Source: Candidatus Doudnabacteria bacterium RIFCSPHIGHO2_01_FULL_46_24 | GTDB taxonomy: Bacteria > Patescibacteriota > Doudnabacteria > UBA920 > O2-02-FULL-48-8 | DNA length: 64,000 nt | NCBI GenBank assembly: GCA_001777575.1 | Contig: MFEL01000018.1 | Span: forward strand, 72,264 to 136,263 | Direction of reading: 5' to 3' | Shown here: positions 33,290-42,411 of the stretch, piece by piece | Numbering within the stretch: position 1 is the stretch's first letter | Layout of the letters: each line of letters begins with the position of its first letter | Notes under the pieces: model-generated | What the model was told of the DNA's origin: nothing | The model's database searches: none | The model's input: the letters and a program-made list of their open reading frames with translations, nothing else | Program-made: the position numbers and the translations under genes

Positions 33290-33420
33290 AGTTGAAACAA
33301 ATTGAAATACAATAGAAACAGGCTCCGTCACTTTCGAGGTCTTGGAATTTAATATAACTATTTCTATTTGTTTCCATATGTTTCTATTTTGTTTCTATCT
33401 GTTTCAATTGTATTTCTACT
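33290..33420. repeat. AT-rich inverted-repeat and tandem TGTTTCTAT-like repeat region between rpsT and ppa
   Basis: gttgaaacaaattgaaatacaatagaaacag (33292-33325) is approximately the reverse complement of ctgtttcaattgtatttctactctgtttc (33386-33420). The interior carries about seven tttctat-like units. Confidence 0.5.
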
Positions 33421-33945
33421 CTGTTTCGCCTTCTGTATTTCCTCAATCGCCTTTCTAATTGCCTCGACTGCCTCGTTTTTATCTCCGAAGCCGGTAATCT
33501 CAACGGTTTTCTGCTTTTGCCTGGCGACTTCGGCGTAAAAATCTCTAAATTTTTGTTTTTCTTCTTCGGTCAGATTTCGTTCCAGTTCATCTGCGGGAAC
33601 GGCAATGATTTTATCATCTTGGACTCCACGATCCAGTTGTTTGATCACGGCAATCGGACGGCAAAGAATAATGCTGCCGGAGAGTAAAATTTTTTCGGTC
33701 AAAATAAAGACGTCAAGAGTGTCGCCGTCGCCTGTGGCTGTTTGAGGGATAAAGCCATAGTTATTTATGAACCGCAAGCCCTTCTTAAAGACAAAATCCA
33801 CAAACATTTTATCTTTGTTTTCGTCATATTCAATTTTATCCACGGAGCCGCGAGGAATTTCTACGATAACATTAAACCGCTCCGGGCTTCCGAGAGGTGT
33901 ATCTTTAAGCGCCATATTTCTCCATGTCTTTCCAGTTTGGGCCAA
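33364..33945 (-). CDS. ppa: inorganic pyrophosphatase (family I)
   Basis: VVEIPRGS..KIEYD, DGDTLDV, and YGFIPQT motifs. The C-terminal 25 aa (..RNTIETDRNKIETYGNK) are encoded by the repeat region and may be a non-native extension. Confidence 0.85.
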   Translation of the reverse strand: MAQTGKTWRNMALKDTPLGSPERFNVIVEIPRGSVDKIEYDENKDKMFVDFVFKKGLRFINNYGFIPQTATGDGDTLDVFILTEKILLSGSIILCRPIAVIKQLDRGVQDDKIIAVPADELERNLTEEEKQKFRDFYAEVARQKQKTVEITGFGDKNEAVEAIRKAIEEIQKAKQSRNTIETDRNKIETYGNK

Positions 33946-36175
33946 GTTTGGCTTCGACCACGATCGGCACCTTCAATTGATAAACCGATTCCATAATTTG
34001 TTTGAGCTTAAGGATAAGCTCATCAACTTTTTCTGGTTTGATTTCGAACACCAGTTCGTCATGCACAGTCAGCAGCATTCGGCAATCTCGTGATTCGTGA
34101 TTCTTGATTCGTGATTCGATTTTTATCATGGCCATTTTCAAAATATCCGCAGCCAGGGATTGCATGGGCATGTTGACGGCCGCGCGCTCGGCAGCAGCCC
34201 GCAGCCCCCAATTCGGCGAGTGAATGTCGGGGAAAAAACGCACCCGGCCCAGCGGATTTTTGACAAACCCGTCTTTGTGCGCCTGCTCAATGACGCTGTC
34301 AATGTATATTTTAAGCTGCTTAAACACTTCATAATATTTTTTGATATGCTCGCCGGCTTCGGCCCGCGTCATTTCCGACCGCTCGGACAGGCCAAAAGCC
34401 GACACGCCATACAACACGCTGAAGTTGATAGTCTTGGCATCGCGCCGCTGCGCAGGGGTGACTTCTGATTCCTTCACGCCGAAAATACGAGCAGCCGTGG
34501 CCGCGTGAAAATCGCCGCCGTTTTGGAAAATTTTAATCATTTCGGGGTCATTGGCAAGCGACGCGGCAATGCGCAATTCAATTTGGGAATAATCAAGCGA
34601 AGCCAGAACGTATCCTTTGTCTGCCACAAACGCCTGGCGGACTTGGTTGCCCAACTCGGTTTTGATCGGGATATTTTGGAGATTCGGCTCGGATGAAGAC
34701 AGCCGTCCAGTAGCCGCAATAGTTTGGCTGTACTGCGTATGCAGTCGGCCGTCTTTGCCCACTAACTTTGGCAGGGCATCCAGATAGGTGGATTTAAGCT
34801 TAGTCAGTTCGCGGTAGTCAAAAATCGAATCAACAATTGGGTGCAAACCCCGCAATTTTTCCAGCTGCCCAGCCGCGGTGGACAAGGCCTTGGTCTTGCC
34901 GGTTTTACGCAGGCCTTCTACGGGAATTTGCAGCTTGTCAAACAAAATTTCGCGCAACTGGATGGGGGAAGCAATATTAAACTCGCCGCCAGCCAACTTG
35001 TGGATTTTTTGAGTCAACTTACCGATCTCGCTCTCCGCGTCTTTCGAAAGCCGGGCCAAATATGCCGTATCGAGCTTGATGCCTCGCTTCTGCATATTTG
35101 CCAAAACCTGCATCAGCGGCAACTCGATCTCTTGATATATCCCAAAAAGCCCATGTTTTTTCAATCGTTCAATCAGCACGGCCAAATCTTGCGGCTCATA
35201 ACTGCGCTGACCGGGATTCAAAAGATACGCCGTAATTAGAGCTTCTGGTTTCTGCTCTAAAGAGGAGTTCTTTTTAGTGTCAAAGATTCCCTTTGACACT
35301 AATCCTGGTAAGCGATTAATTAAAGCCTTAATCCCCAGTTCATTCAATAATTTTATAACTTTCTGCCTATCATAATCTCCGATTTTTGTTTTCTCAAAAT
35401 CGAAATCGAGATGATTTTTTTGATCAATGTACGCAAGTTTTTTTGACAAATGTGCCTTATCTTTTCCGTCAACAAGTTTTTTCAGAATTCCCGGCTTGAT
35501 TTTTTTGTCTTGTTTTTCTACTGCTTCATATACACCGTCGAGCGAACCGAAGGTTTTGATCAAATCCAACGCGCCTTTTTCGCCAATACCGGGTACACCC
35601 GGAATATTATCCGAAGCGTCCCCGCGGATGGCTTTGTAATCCACCCATTGCGATGGCTTGAGGCCGTAAATTTCCACCATTTTGTCCGCGTCAAAAATTT
35701 GGATATCCGAAAAGCCGATTTTGAACCGGTAAACTTCCGTATGGCTGTCAATCAGCTGCAGCAAATCCAAATCCCCGGTGACAATGATGTTCAAAACATC
35801 TTTCGCCGTTTTGGCAGCAATAATACCCAGCAAATCGTCAGCTTCAAATCCCGCTTTTTCGTAAATGGGAATATCCAGCCCGGCCAAAATCTCTTTGACT
35901 TTCGGCAGCTGCATGGTCAGTTCATCAGGCGGCGCTTTTCTCGTGGCTTTGTAATCCGCGGCCAATTTATCGCGGAACGTCCCCCCGGGCACATCAAAAA
36001 CAACCACGGCATGCGTGGGTTTGATGTCAGCCAGCGCTTTGAAAAACATGGAAAAAAATCCAAAAATCGCCCCGGTGGGGAATCCATCCGAGTTGCTCAT
36101 GGCCGGCAAGGCATGGAAAGCGCGGTGGAACAGCGCATGCCCATCAATCAATAAAAGTTTTTTCTTGAGCTCCAT
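33905..36175 (-). CDS. polA: DNA polymerase I (5-prime to 3-prime exonuclease plus polymerase domains; no obvious 3-prime to 5-prime exonuclease domain)
   Basis: N-terminal FEN domain (LLLIDGHALFHRAFHAL), polymerase motifs A/B/C (DYSQIELR, RRDAKTINFSVLYG, VHDELVFE). The 756-aa length is Taq-like. Confidence 0.9.
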   Translation of the reverse strand: MELKKKLLLIDGHALFHRAFHALPAMSNSDGFPTGAIFGFFSMFFKALADIKPTHAVVVFDVPGGTFRDKLAADYKATRKAPPDELTMQLPKVKEILAGLDIPIYEKAGFEADDLLGIIAAKTAKDVLNIIVTGDLDLLQLIDSHTEVYRFKIGFSDIQIFDADKMVEIYGLKPSQWVDYKAIRGDASDNIPGVPGIGEKGALDLIKTFGSLDGVYEAVEKQDKKIKPGILKKLVDGKDKAHLSKKLAYIDQKNHLDFDFEKTKIGDYDRQKVIKLLNELGIKALINRLPGLVSKGIFDTKKNSSLEQKPEALITAYLLNPGQRSYEPQDLAVLIERLKKHGLFGIYQEIELPLMQVLANMQKRGIKLDTAYLARLSKDAESEIGKLTQKIHKLAGGEFNIASPIQLREILFDKLQIPVEGLRKTGKTKALSTAAGQLEKLRGLHPIVDSIFDYRELTKLKSTYLDALPKLVGKDGRLHTQYSQTIAATGRLSSSEPNLQNIPIKTELGNQVRQAFVADKGYVLASLDYSQIELRIAASLANDPEMIKIFQNGGDFHAATAARIFGVKESEVTPAQRRDAKTINFSVLYGVSAFGLSERSEMTRAEAGEHIKKYYEVFKQLKIYIDSVIEQAHKDGFVKNPLGRVRFFPDIHSPNWGLRAAAERAAVNMPMQSLAADILKMAMIKIESRIKNHESRDCRMLLTVHDELVFEIKPEKVDELILKLKQIMESVYQLKVPIVVEAKLGPNWKDMEKYGA

Positions 36176-36178
36176 AAG

Positions 36179-36217
36179 GATAGAATAACAAAAAAGCCCT
36201 TTCGGGGCTATTCTATC
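36179..36217 (-). terminator. rho-independent terminator after the Pif1-like helicase gene (gatagaata..agcccctttcggggct..tattctatc)
   Basis: Nested stems, followed on the minus strand by TTTTTTG. It overlaps the stop codon. Confidence 0.55.
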
Positions 36218-37779
36218 AGTCCGAGCTTGGCCAGGCGCGATCGGATGGCGCCTGTTTTGCGGCCAAAGATTGCCGCTAATTCCTTGACGGGCAGATTTTG
36301 CCCAAACGATTCCCGCAGCTTTTGATCTTGCTCTTCATCCCACGGCCGGTAAGCGTTTGGGTGAGTCTTCCTGGTCTGTTCAAAAGTCCCCTTAACCTCC
36401 TCGCTTGGCTCATTGACTTGCAAAATTTCTCCGCCGCTTCCGCGGATAAAATTTTCGTGCATCTTTTTTAGTTCCTTGGCCTCGAGCCTGCCAAATACCG
36501 CTACCGCTTCGTCCGAAGCCTGGCGAAACTCCTGGTCAGCCTCCAGGATTTCCGGGTGAACCTCAAACGTTCGCTCATTCCAGCCCAAAAGATGCAAACC
36601 AGCCAATGACCGGACTCTTGATAACGCCACGTAACCTTGCCCAAATTCAAACACGGCTCGTAAATCCATGACCGCCGCGTCCAGGCTCATGCCCTGGCTT
36701 TTGTGAACCGTGATGGCCCAGGCCAGGCGCAAGGGCAGCTGCGTGATGGTGGCCAGCACCCGGCCATTATCTTCCACAGTCCAGTCCATGGGCTCAACGT
36801 GGATTTTCTGGCCGGTGTGAGTTTTAACGATTGGATAACCAGATTGACTGTCGAAGCCTGCGACCAGGCCCAGAGTCCCGTTGACAAACCCCTCGCGCGG
36901 ATTATTCTTGGTAAACATAACCGCGGCCTTGGGCTTGAGTATAAGCCGCTCCGGCGACAAACAGGTTCTCTTCAAGACTTCCACTAATTTCGGCCGGCCT
37001 TTTTGGCGCATGGCAAACGTCCGCGGCTGGCCGGGCAGCTGGTTCAATTTTTCCTCGTTGACGCGATCCACGTCGGCATTGTGCGAAAACAGCTTGGGAA
37101 TGTTTTGCGGATGATTGTCAGCCTGGACGATCCGGCCCTCCAGATGCTGCAAATGGCTGCCGTCATTATTGAATTTATTGCCCCGAATCGCGCTCAAAAT
37201 CGTCAAAAAATCCAAATCTTCCTGCCGATACTGCTCGGTCAGATAGCAAACCGCCAGCTTGGCCGCAGGCCAGGCTTGGGACTTGTAAGCAAACCGGTCG
37301 AAAAGCCCTTGCAGCAGTCTGGGTTGCTGCTCATCCGCGCTTTGCACCGGCGGCAGCTGGAAAAAATCGCCGACCAAAATTATTTGCAAGCCCCCAAACG
37401 GCTCCTGATTTCTTTTAATTTCGCGGCAAACCGCATCCACCAGTGACAAGGTTTGAGCCGAGAGCATGGAGACTTCGTCAATGATCAAAACCTTGGCCCG
37501 GTTGACCCGCTCAAAGACATAGCGATTGCCGCTCAGCCGGTCCAGCTCGTAACGGTCCAAAAAAGTTTTGATGCCAATGCCGCTCCAGGAATGAACAGTC
37601 GTGCCGCCAATGTGCGTGGCCGCAATGCCGGTCGAGGCCGTGATGGCCGGCTCAATCTTGCGCTGGCGCAAATAGGAAACATATTGGTTGACGAGGTAGG
37701 TCTTGCCCGAACCCGGCTCGCCGGTCAAAAACACGTTGGCCCCGGTTTTGAGGATATTAAGCGCTTGTGCTTGAGTCAT
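36208..37779 (-). CDS. PIF1/RecD-like (AAA_30) ATP-dependent DNA helicase with a C-terminal HTH-like extension
   Basis: GEPGSGKT Walker A, IIDEVSML Walker B, and the QLPPV motif. 523 aa. Confidence 0.7.
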   Translation of the reverse strand: MTQAQALNILKTGANVFLTGEPGSGKTYLVNQYVSYLRQRKIEPAITASTGIAATHIGGTTVHSWSGIGIKTFLDRYELDRLSGNRYVFERVNRAKVLIIDEVSMLSAQTLSLVDAVCREIKRNQEPFGGLQIILVGDFFQLPPVQSADEQQPRLLQGLFDRFAYKSQAWPAAKLAVCYLTEQYRQEDLDFLTILSAIRGNKFNNDGSHLQHLEGRIVQADNHPQNIPKLFSHNADVDRVNEEKLNQLPGQPRTFAMRQKGRPKLVEVLKRTCLSPERLILKPKAAVMFTKNNPREGFVNGTLGLVAGFDSQSGYPIVKTHTGQKIHVEPMDWTVEDNGRVLATITQLPLRLAWAITVHKSQGMSLDAAVMDLRAVFEFGQGYVALSRVRSLAGLHLLGWNERTFEVHPEILEADQEFRQASDEAVAVFGRLEAKELKKMHENFIRGSGGEILQVNEPSEEVKGTFEQTRKTHPNAYRPWDEEQDQKLRESFGQNLPVKELAAIFGRKTGAIRSRLAKLGLIE

Positions 37780-37780
37780 A

Positions 37781-37830
37781 AAGTATCGATACCGCTACTA
37801 CGTATACGCAAACCACGTGGTTTCCGCAGT
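37781..37830. promoter_or_regulatory. cluster of three perfect palindromes (GTATCGATAC, CGTATACG, AACCACGTGGTT) upstream of the Pif1-like gene
   Basis: Read directly. Confidence 0.4.
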
Positions 37831-37880
37831 TATTTCTTGTTGATCAAATTCACGATCAATTTGATGATCGTGTCTTTCTG
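37830..37880 (-). pseudogene. remnant of a Fic-gene 3-prime end (encodes ..QKDTIIKLIVNLINKK-stop), a duplicate of the C-terminus of the Fic gene at 38496..39488
   Basis: The 51-nt segment is about 84 percent identical to 38496-38546 and is in frame with the same stop, but has no upstream ORF. Confidence 0.5.
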
Positions 37881-37886
37881 TTCCCG

Positions 37887-38156
37887 CTAAGATATCGATA
37901 CTTTTAGTTTGCTGTCTAATGCTTTGGCCACTCGCCCAAGAAATTTTAGACTCGGGTTGAAGTTTCCTTGCTCCAAGCGGGAAATGACTGGCTGTTTAGT
38001 ACCAATCCTTTTGGCTAGTTGCTTTTGGGTCAAACCTTTTTGCAAACGCTTGGCAATCAACGTTTCTACCAAAGCAAACTCAACGCCTAATTCATCATAG
38101 GCTCTTTTAACCGCTTTGTCTTGCAGTAATTTAGACTTGAACCGTTTATATTCCAT
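37887..38156 (-). CDS. XRE-family HTH antitoxin (HigA-like)
   Basis: 89-aa ORF with an HTH (LTQKQLAKRIGTKQPVISRLE). It lies immediately downstream of the toxin gene with a 14-nt gap. Confidence 0.65.
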   Translation of the reverse strand: MEYKRFKSKLLQDKAVKRAYDELGVEFALVETLIAKRLQKGLTQKQLAKRIGTKQPVISRLEQGNFNPSLKFLGRVAKALDSKLKVSIS

Positions 38157-38170
38157 ATTACCAATATAAC

Positions 38171-38488
38171 TTATAAGTTATAACTTGTCAAGGCCTTAAG
38201 TTTACTCTTGGCTCTGTCTAATTCTTTCCGGGGCGTTTGTTGAGATTTCTTAACGAACCCTGAAAGCAGATAAATTTTACCTTGACAAAAGCAATAAAAT
38301 ATTCTCACTTCCTGTCGGCCTCGAGTTCTTAGCTCAAATAAATTCCCGGTAATTTTTTTGCTATGCGGCATTGGCAGGCGGTAACTAAATCTTTCCAGTA
38401 AATCAACGGTTCGCAAAACTTTGGCAATCGTCTGCTTCTCTAGCGAGAAAATAAATTCTTCTATTTCTGAGTTAGTAATTATATCCAT
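38171..38488 (-). CDS. RelE/ParE-superfamily toxin, HigB / Gp49-like (DUF891)
   Basis: 105-aa ORF with NLFELRTRGRQEVRIFYCF..KIYLLSGFVKKSQQTP, typical of Gp49-like killer proteins. The order (toxin upstream of antitoxin) matches HigBA. Confidence 0.6.
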   Translation of the reverse strand: MDIITNSEIEEFIFSLEKQTIAKVLRTVDLLERFSYRLPMPHSKKITGNLFELRTRGRQEVRIFYCFCQGKIYLLSGFVKKSQQTPRKELDRAKSKLKALTSYNL

Positions 38489-38495
38489 AAAAGGA

Positions 38496-39488
38496 TTATT
38501 TTTTATTGATCAGATTCACGATCAGCTTGATGATTACGTCTTTCTGCGAAGGATCAGACTCCGCCGTCAGCAGCGTCACGGCGGTCAGTGCCGCATCATT
38601 GATCTTGCGCTCGCCGCGCCGGTTGTAAAAAATGTCGTTCTGGATCAGATACTGCAAAAACAGCAAGGATCCGACGCGCTTATTGCCGTCCACGAACGGG
38701 TGCCCCTTGACCACAAAATACAACAAGTGCGCCGCCCGCTCCTCCAAACTTGGGTAAAGCGGCTTGCTGTTAAAAGATTGGTCAATGCTGCCGACGATGG
38801 AAGCCAGCTTGTGGCTGACTTCCACGCCGAACAGATCGCTGGCCTGTTTCGCGTTTTGCAGACGCTGCCGGAAGCGCTTGATGCTTTTGAGCACTTCTTC
38901 ATAGTTAAGCACTCTACCCGGTTTTTCGCTGACATTACTGATCGCCAGTTTCTGCTCATCATACAAATTCAAAACAAACCAGGTGTTGGCGTAGTCGGAA
39001 ATGATTTTCAAAAGTTCGCGTTCGTAGCCCTCGGCCCGATACGATTCCAGCGCCTGCTGGATGAGTTTATGCGCGGTTTCCAGTTCCTTGAGTTTCGCCA
39101 CGTGAGCTTCGGGAAGGCGCTTAGCGTTGACGACAAACCCCTTGATCAGATAGTCGCGCATTTTCTGCGTCGCCCAGATACGAAACTGGGTTGCCCGTTT
39201 GGAATTGACCCTGTATCCCACGGATAAAATAAAATCAAGATTATAAAATTTTACCGGTTTATCAGAATTTGCAATGTGCAAATTTTGCACATTGCTTTTT
39301 TCTGCCAATTCCCCTGATTTTATTATGTTTCTAAGGTGCTTGGCAACAGAACTCCGATCAGTCTGAAAAAGCTCAGAAATGCCAGCTTGGGTCAGCCAGA
39401 CAGTTTCATCATAAAGACTAACCCGCAGTTCCGGGCCGGTTTCGGCCTTATAAATGACAATTTCGCCCTTGTGTTCTTGCTTGTCCAT
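38496..39488 (-). CDS. RhuM-family N-terminal domain fused to a Fic/DOC domain protein
   Basis: The C-terminal region carries the Fic motif HPFVDGNKRVG. The N-terminal two-thirds matches RhuM-like virulence-protein family composition. Confidence 0.65.
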   Translation of the reverse strand: MDKQEHKGEIVIYKAETGPELRVSLYDETVWLTQAGISELFQTDRSSVAKHLRNIIKSGELAEKSNVQNLHIANSDKPVKFYNLDFILSVGYRVNSKRATQFRIWATQKMRDYLIKGFVVNAKRLPEAHVAKLKELETAHKLIQQALESYRAEGYERELLKIISDYANTWFVLNLYDEQKLAISNVSEKPGRVLNYEEVLKSIKRFRQRLQNAKQASDLFGVEVSHKLASIVGSIDQSFNSKPLYPSLEERAAHLLYFVVKGHPFVDGNKRVGSLLFLQYLIQNDIFYNRRGERKINDAALTAVTLLTAESDPSQKDVIIKLIVNLINKK

Positions 39489-39557
39489 ACTTGTCCATAA
39501 TAGAAAAACGGCCTTCGAAACGTCTGACGTTTCTTCCGCCGCCTTTATTATTATACT

Positions 39558-41198
39558 CTATTCCTCGGTCACGCGGAAGACTTCCTCCACATCAGTAATT
39601 CCGGCAAGCACTTTCAAGATGCCGTCTTGGGCCATGGTCAGCATGCCGGAGGCTAGAGCCTGCCGCTTGATTTCCGTATTCGACGCGCCTTGGTTGATCA
39701 GCTTCTCGATTGATTCGTTGACTACAAAAATTTCATAAACCCCGACCCGCCCCTTATAGCCCAATCCTTTGCATTTGCCGCATCCCGGGCTGTGATAAAA
39801 TTTCAAATTTTTCGGCACGTCAACTTTGGCATTCTTGGGAACGGCGGCCAAAATTGTTTCCACGTGCTGAATAAGTCGCGGAGCCGGTTGATACTCAACC
39901 TTGCAGGCTGAGCAGATCTTGCGCACCAATCGCTGTCCGATGATGGCATTGATGGCCGGGGAAAGCGTAAACGGTTTGACGCCCAAATCCAAAAGCCTCG
40001 GAATGGCCCCGGCCGCATCGTTGGTGTGAAGGGTCGACAACACAATATGCCCGGTCAGCGCCGCCTGGCAGCCGATTTCAGCCGTTTCCAAATCGCGCAT
40101 TTCTCCGACCATGACAACATCCGGGTCCTGCCGCAACACCGCGCGCAAGCCTGAGGCAAACGTCATGCCAGCTTGCGCATCAATTGGGGTCTGGGTAATA
40201 CCGGCAATTTTGTATTCCACCGGATCCTCCAGGGTGATGATCTTCACCCCCGGCTCATTGAGTTTGTTCAAAATGGCATAGAGCGTGGTGGTCTTGCCGC
40301 TGCCGGTCGGGCCAGTGGTCAAAATCATGCCATTAGGCTTCTCCATTTCTTTCAGTAGCTGATCATAAGCCAGCCCTTTGATGCCCAATTCTTCAAACTG
40401 AAGCGCGCCCTTGTCCTGCCGCAAAATTCTCATTACCACTGATTCACCGAACGCCGACGGCAGCACGGAAACGCGGACATCCACCTGCTGGCCATCATAT
40501 GTGAGGCTAAATGAGCCGTCCTGGGGCGTGGTCGTGACATTGAGCTTGAGCTTCGACAAAACTTTGATGCGGGAAACCAGCTGGTGCTGGAGCTCGCGGG
40601 ACAGCACCGTGACATCCTGCAGCACCCCGTCGATGCGGAAGCGGACATGCATGTCTTTGGCTGTTGGCTCCACGTGAATGTCCGAGGCGTCCAAATGCAA
40701 CGCGTTGCCCAAAAGCATTTCTATCACTTCCGTGGGCGAAGCATTGGTCAGTTTCTCCCCCATGTCCTTGAGCGTTGCCCCGCTTTGTTGGAAAGATTTG
40801 CTTATTAGGAGAATCTCCTGTGATTTTCTTTTGCCGGACACCAACCGGTCATACATGCTGAGCGCTTTGTTAAAACTGCTTTGAGAAATGATGAACAGCT
40901 CGACATAATAGCTCTGCTCTTTGAGCTGGCCCAAGAACTTGTTAATCTCATCGCTTGGTTCAAGCGCCCCGAGCTTGATATTCCGCCCTTCTTTGTAGAA
41001 TGTAGCGACCTTCAAACGCTCGGCTTCTTCCTTGGGCACGATTGCCAAGGCTGCATGATCAACCGGGAAGCCGTAAAGGTTGATATAAGGCAAACCAAAA
41101 GACTCGGCAGTGCGCTGGGCCTGCTCTTCCTCGTATTTGCGGTCAAGTTCCGAATAGATTTGTTTCAGCCGGATGGCCTTGTCATCGGCGCTAAGCAT
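39558..41198 (-). CDS. type II secretion / type IV pilus assembly ATPase (GspE/PilB family)
   Basis: GPTGSGKTTTL Walker A, DPVEY, Asp and His boxes, and a C-terminal tetracysteine zinc motif (CSACK..CGKCKG). Confidence 0.85.
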   Translation of the reverse strand: MLSADDKAIRLKQIYSELDRKYEEEQAQRTAESFGLPYINLYGFPVDHAALAIVPKEEAERLKVATFYKEGRNIKLGALEPSDEINKFLGQLKEQSYYVELFIISQSSFNKALSMYDRLVSGKRKSQEILLISKSFQQSGATLKDMGEKLTNASPTEVIEMLLGNALHLDASDIHVEPTAKDMHVRFRIDGVLQDVTVLSRELQHQLVSRIKVLSKLKLNVTTTPQDGSFSLTYDGQQVDVRVSVLPSAFGESVVMRILRQDKGALQFEELGIKGLAYDQLLKEMEKPNGMILTTGPTGSGKTTTLYAILNKLNEPGVKIITLEDPVEYKIAGITQTPIDAQAGMTFASGLRAVLRQDPDVVMVGEMRDLETAEIGCQAALTGHIVLSTLHTNDAAGAIPRLLDLGVKPFTLSPAINAIIGQRLVRKICSACKVEYQPAPRLIQHVETILAAVPKNAKVDVPKNLKFYHSPGCGKCKGLGYKGRVGVYEIFVVNESIEKLINQGASNTEIKRQALASGMLTMAQDGILKVLAGITDVEEVFRVTEE

Positions 41199-41219
41199 GC
41201 CATAAGTATAACAAATTTG

Positions 41220-42344
41220 TCAGCTGATTGCTTCGCGCAGCTTGCTCAGCACCAAGCTTTCGGTTTGGTTCAAGTTTTGGAACGATTCAAACCTGATGGC
41301 CGAGCCCTGAATCTGGGGCTTATATTCCAAAAAGGCCTGCGGCAGATTGACCGGTGAAATTGTCTGGCCGAAAATTTCGACCTTGTCCCCCCGTTCCACC
41401 ATAAAAAAGAAAGTCTTGGCAAAAGACAGCTGCAATGTCATTTCCTTGATAACCATGCCCACGTCTTCGGCCGTGGCTTCGGCCTTGTCAACATCAGAGG
41501 CGACAATCATTGAATAGACCAAAGACAGCTGGGGGTCTTGTTTGAGGCGGGCCAACACCCGGCCCCACAACTTCAGGAATCCCATAGACTTGCTTTTGTA
41601 AAGCCGGCTCATGATCTGCGGCTGGTCCGCGCCGAGGCTGATCAAATTCGAAGCTTTCAAAAAAGCCGCCGGAGTCGTGCGGACATGCTGGAAACTGTTG
41701 GTCTCGGCAATAATGCCGGTCAATAGCGCCGTGGCGATGGATTGGTCGAGAAGCGAACTTTCAAACACGGAGATGAGATCAAGCATAATCTCGGAGTTGG
41801 AAGTGGCAGACAGGTCAATTAAATTGTACGAGCCATAGCTTTCATTTTGGGCGCTGCGGTCAATGTTGATGATCGGGGTTTCAAAAAACAAATCCGAATT
41901 CTGGATATAGAACTCGCCTAAATTTTCGAGGCTGAACACACCGATGCTGACGATTAAGTCAAACGGAAAATTGGAGCTGCGGAAACTGACGTCCTTATCG
42001 CTAAACTGCCCCTTTTTCGGTTTGACATAAATCGACAGCCGTTCCGGTTCCTTTTTGTAGCTCAACTCATCAATCTCCGACGCTTTGGTGGACAAATCAA
42101 TGACAAAACTTTTGGCGATGCTGAGGTGGTCTTTGACCTCCTCAAACCCGGTCAAAAAATCGAATTTGGCGTTGGGGGGACCGGGACTGATTAAGACTAC
42201 CTCTTTTTCCAGTTTGCGCAGGAAAGTCCGCAAAGCCAAAGCCGCCGACAGATCATCACCCGAGGCCTGCGGCGGGGTCAAAATCAAAATACTGTTGGCT
42301 TTATTCAGTTTATCCGCGATGGGATTGAGTTCTTCTGCCTGCAT
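41220..42344 (-). CDS. DHH-family phosphoesterase-like protein (NrnA-like, possibly degenerate)
   Basis: Start trimmed from the track ORF 41220..42644 to the ATG at 42344. ILILTPPQASGDDLSAALAL resembles DHH motifs I-II, but the canonical DHH and GGGH residues were not seen. Confidence 0.4.
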   Translation of the reverse strand: MQAEELNPIADKLNKANSILILTPPQASGDDLSAALALRTFLRKLEKEVVLISPGPPNAKFDFLTGFEEVKDHLSIAKSFVIDLSTKASEIDELSYKKEPERLSIYVKPKKGQFSDKDVSFRSSNFPFDLIVSIGVFSLENLGEFYIQNSDLFFETPIINIDRSAQNESYGSYNLIDLSATSNSEIMLDLISVFESSLLDQSIATALLTGIIAETNSFQHVRTTPAAFLKASNLISLGADQPQIMSRLYKSKSMGFLKLWGRVLARLKQDPQLSLVYSMIVASDVDKAEATAEDVGMVIKEMTLQLSFAKTFFFMVERGDKVEIFGQTISPVNLPQAFLEYKPQIQGSAIRFESFQNLNQTESLVLSKLREAIS

Positions 42345-42377
42345 AAATTCATTAAGAAATCTTAATAATATACAGTG

Positions 42378-42406
42378 TTGGCAAGCCAATGTCAAACTGT
42401 TAAAAT
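42378..42406 (+). promoter_or_regulatory. promoter TTGGCA, 17-bp spacer, TAAAAT for tsaE, embedded in the TTGGC-AA-GCCAA inverted repeat
   Basis: The -10 ends 5 nt before the ATG at 42412, giving a near-leaderless transcript. Confidence 0.45.
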
Positions 42407-42411
42407 AAGCT

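Noticed and set aside
36208-37779. Pif1-like helicase as part of the DGR or of a mobile element with Fic and the HigBA-like pair
   Set aside because: It is separated from the DGR by more than 6 kb of housekeeping genes. No integrase, transposase or terminal repeats tie these genes into one element. They are treated as independent accessory genes.
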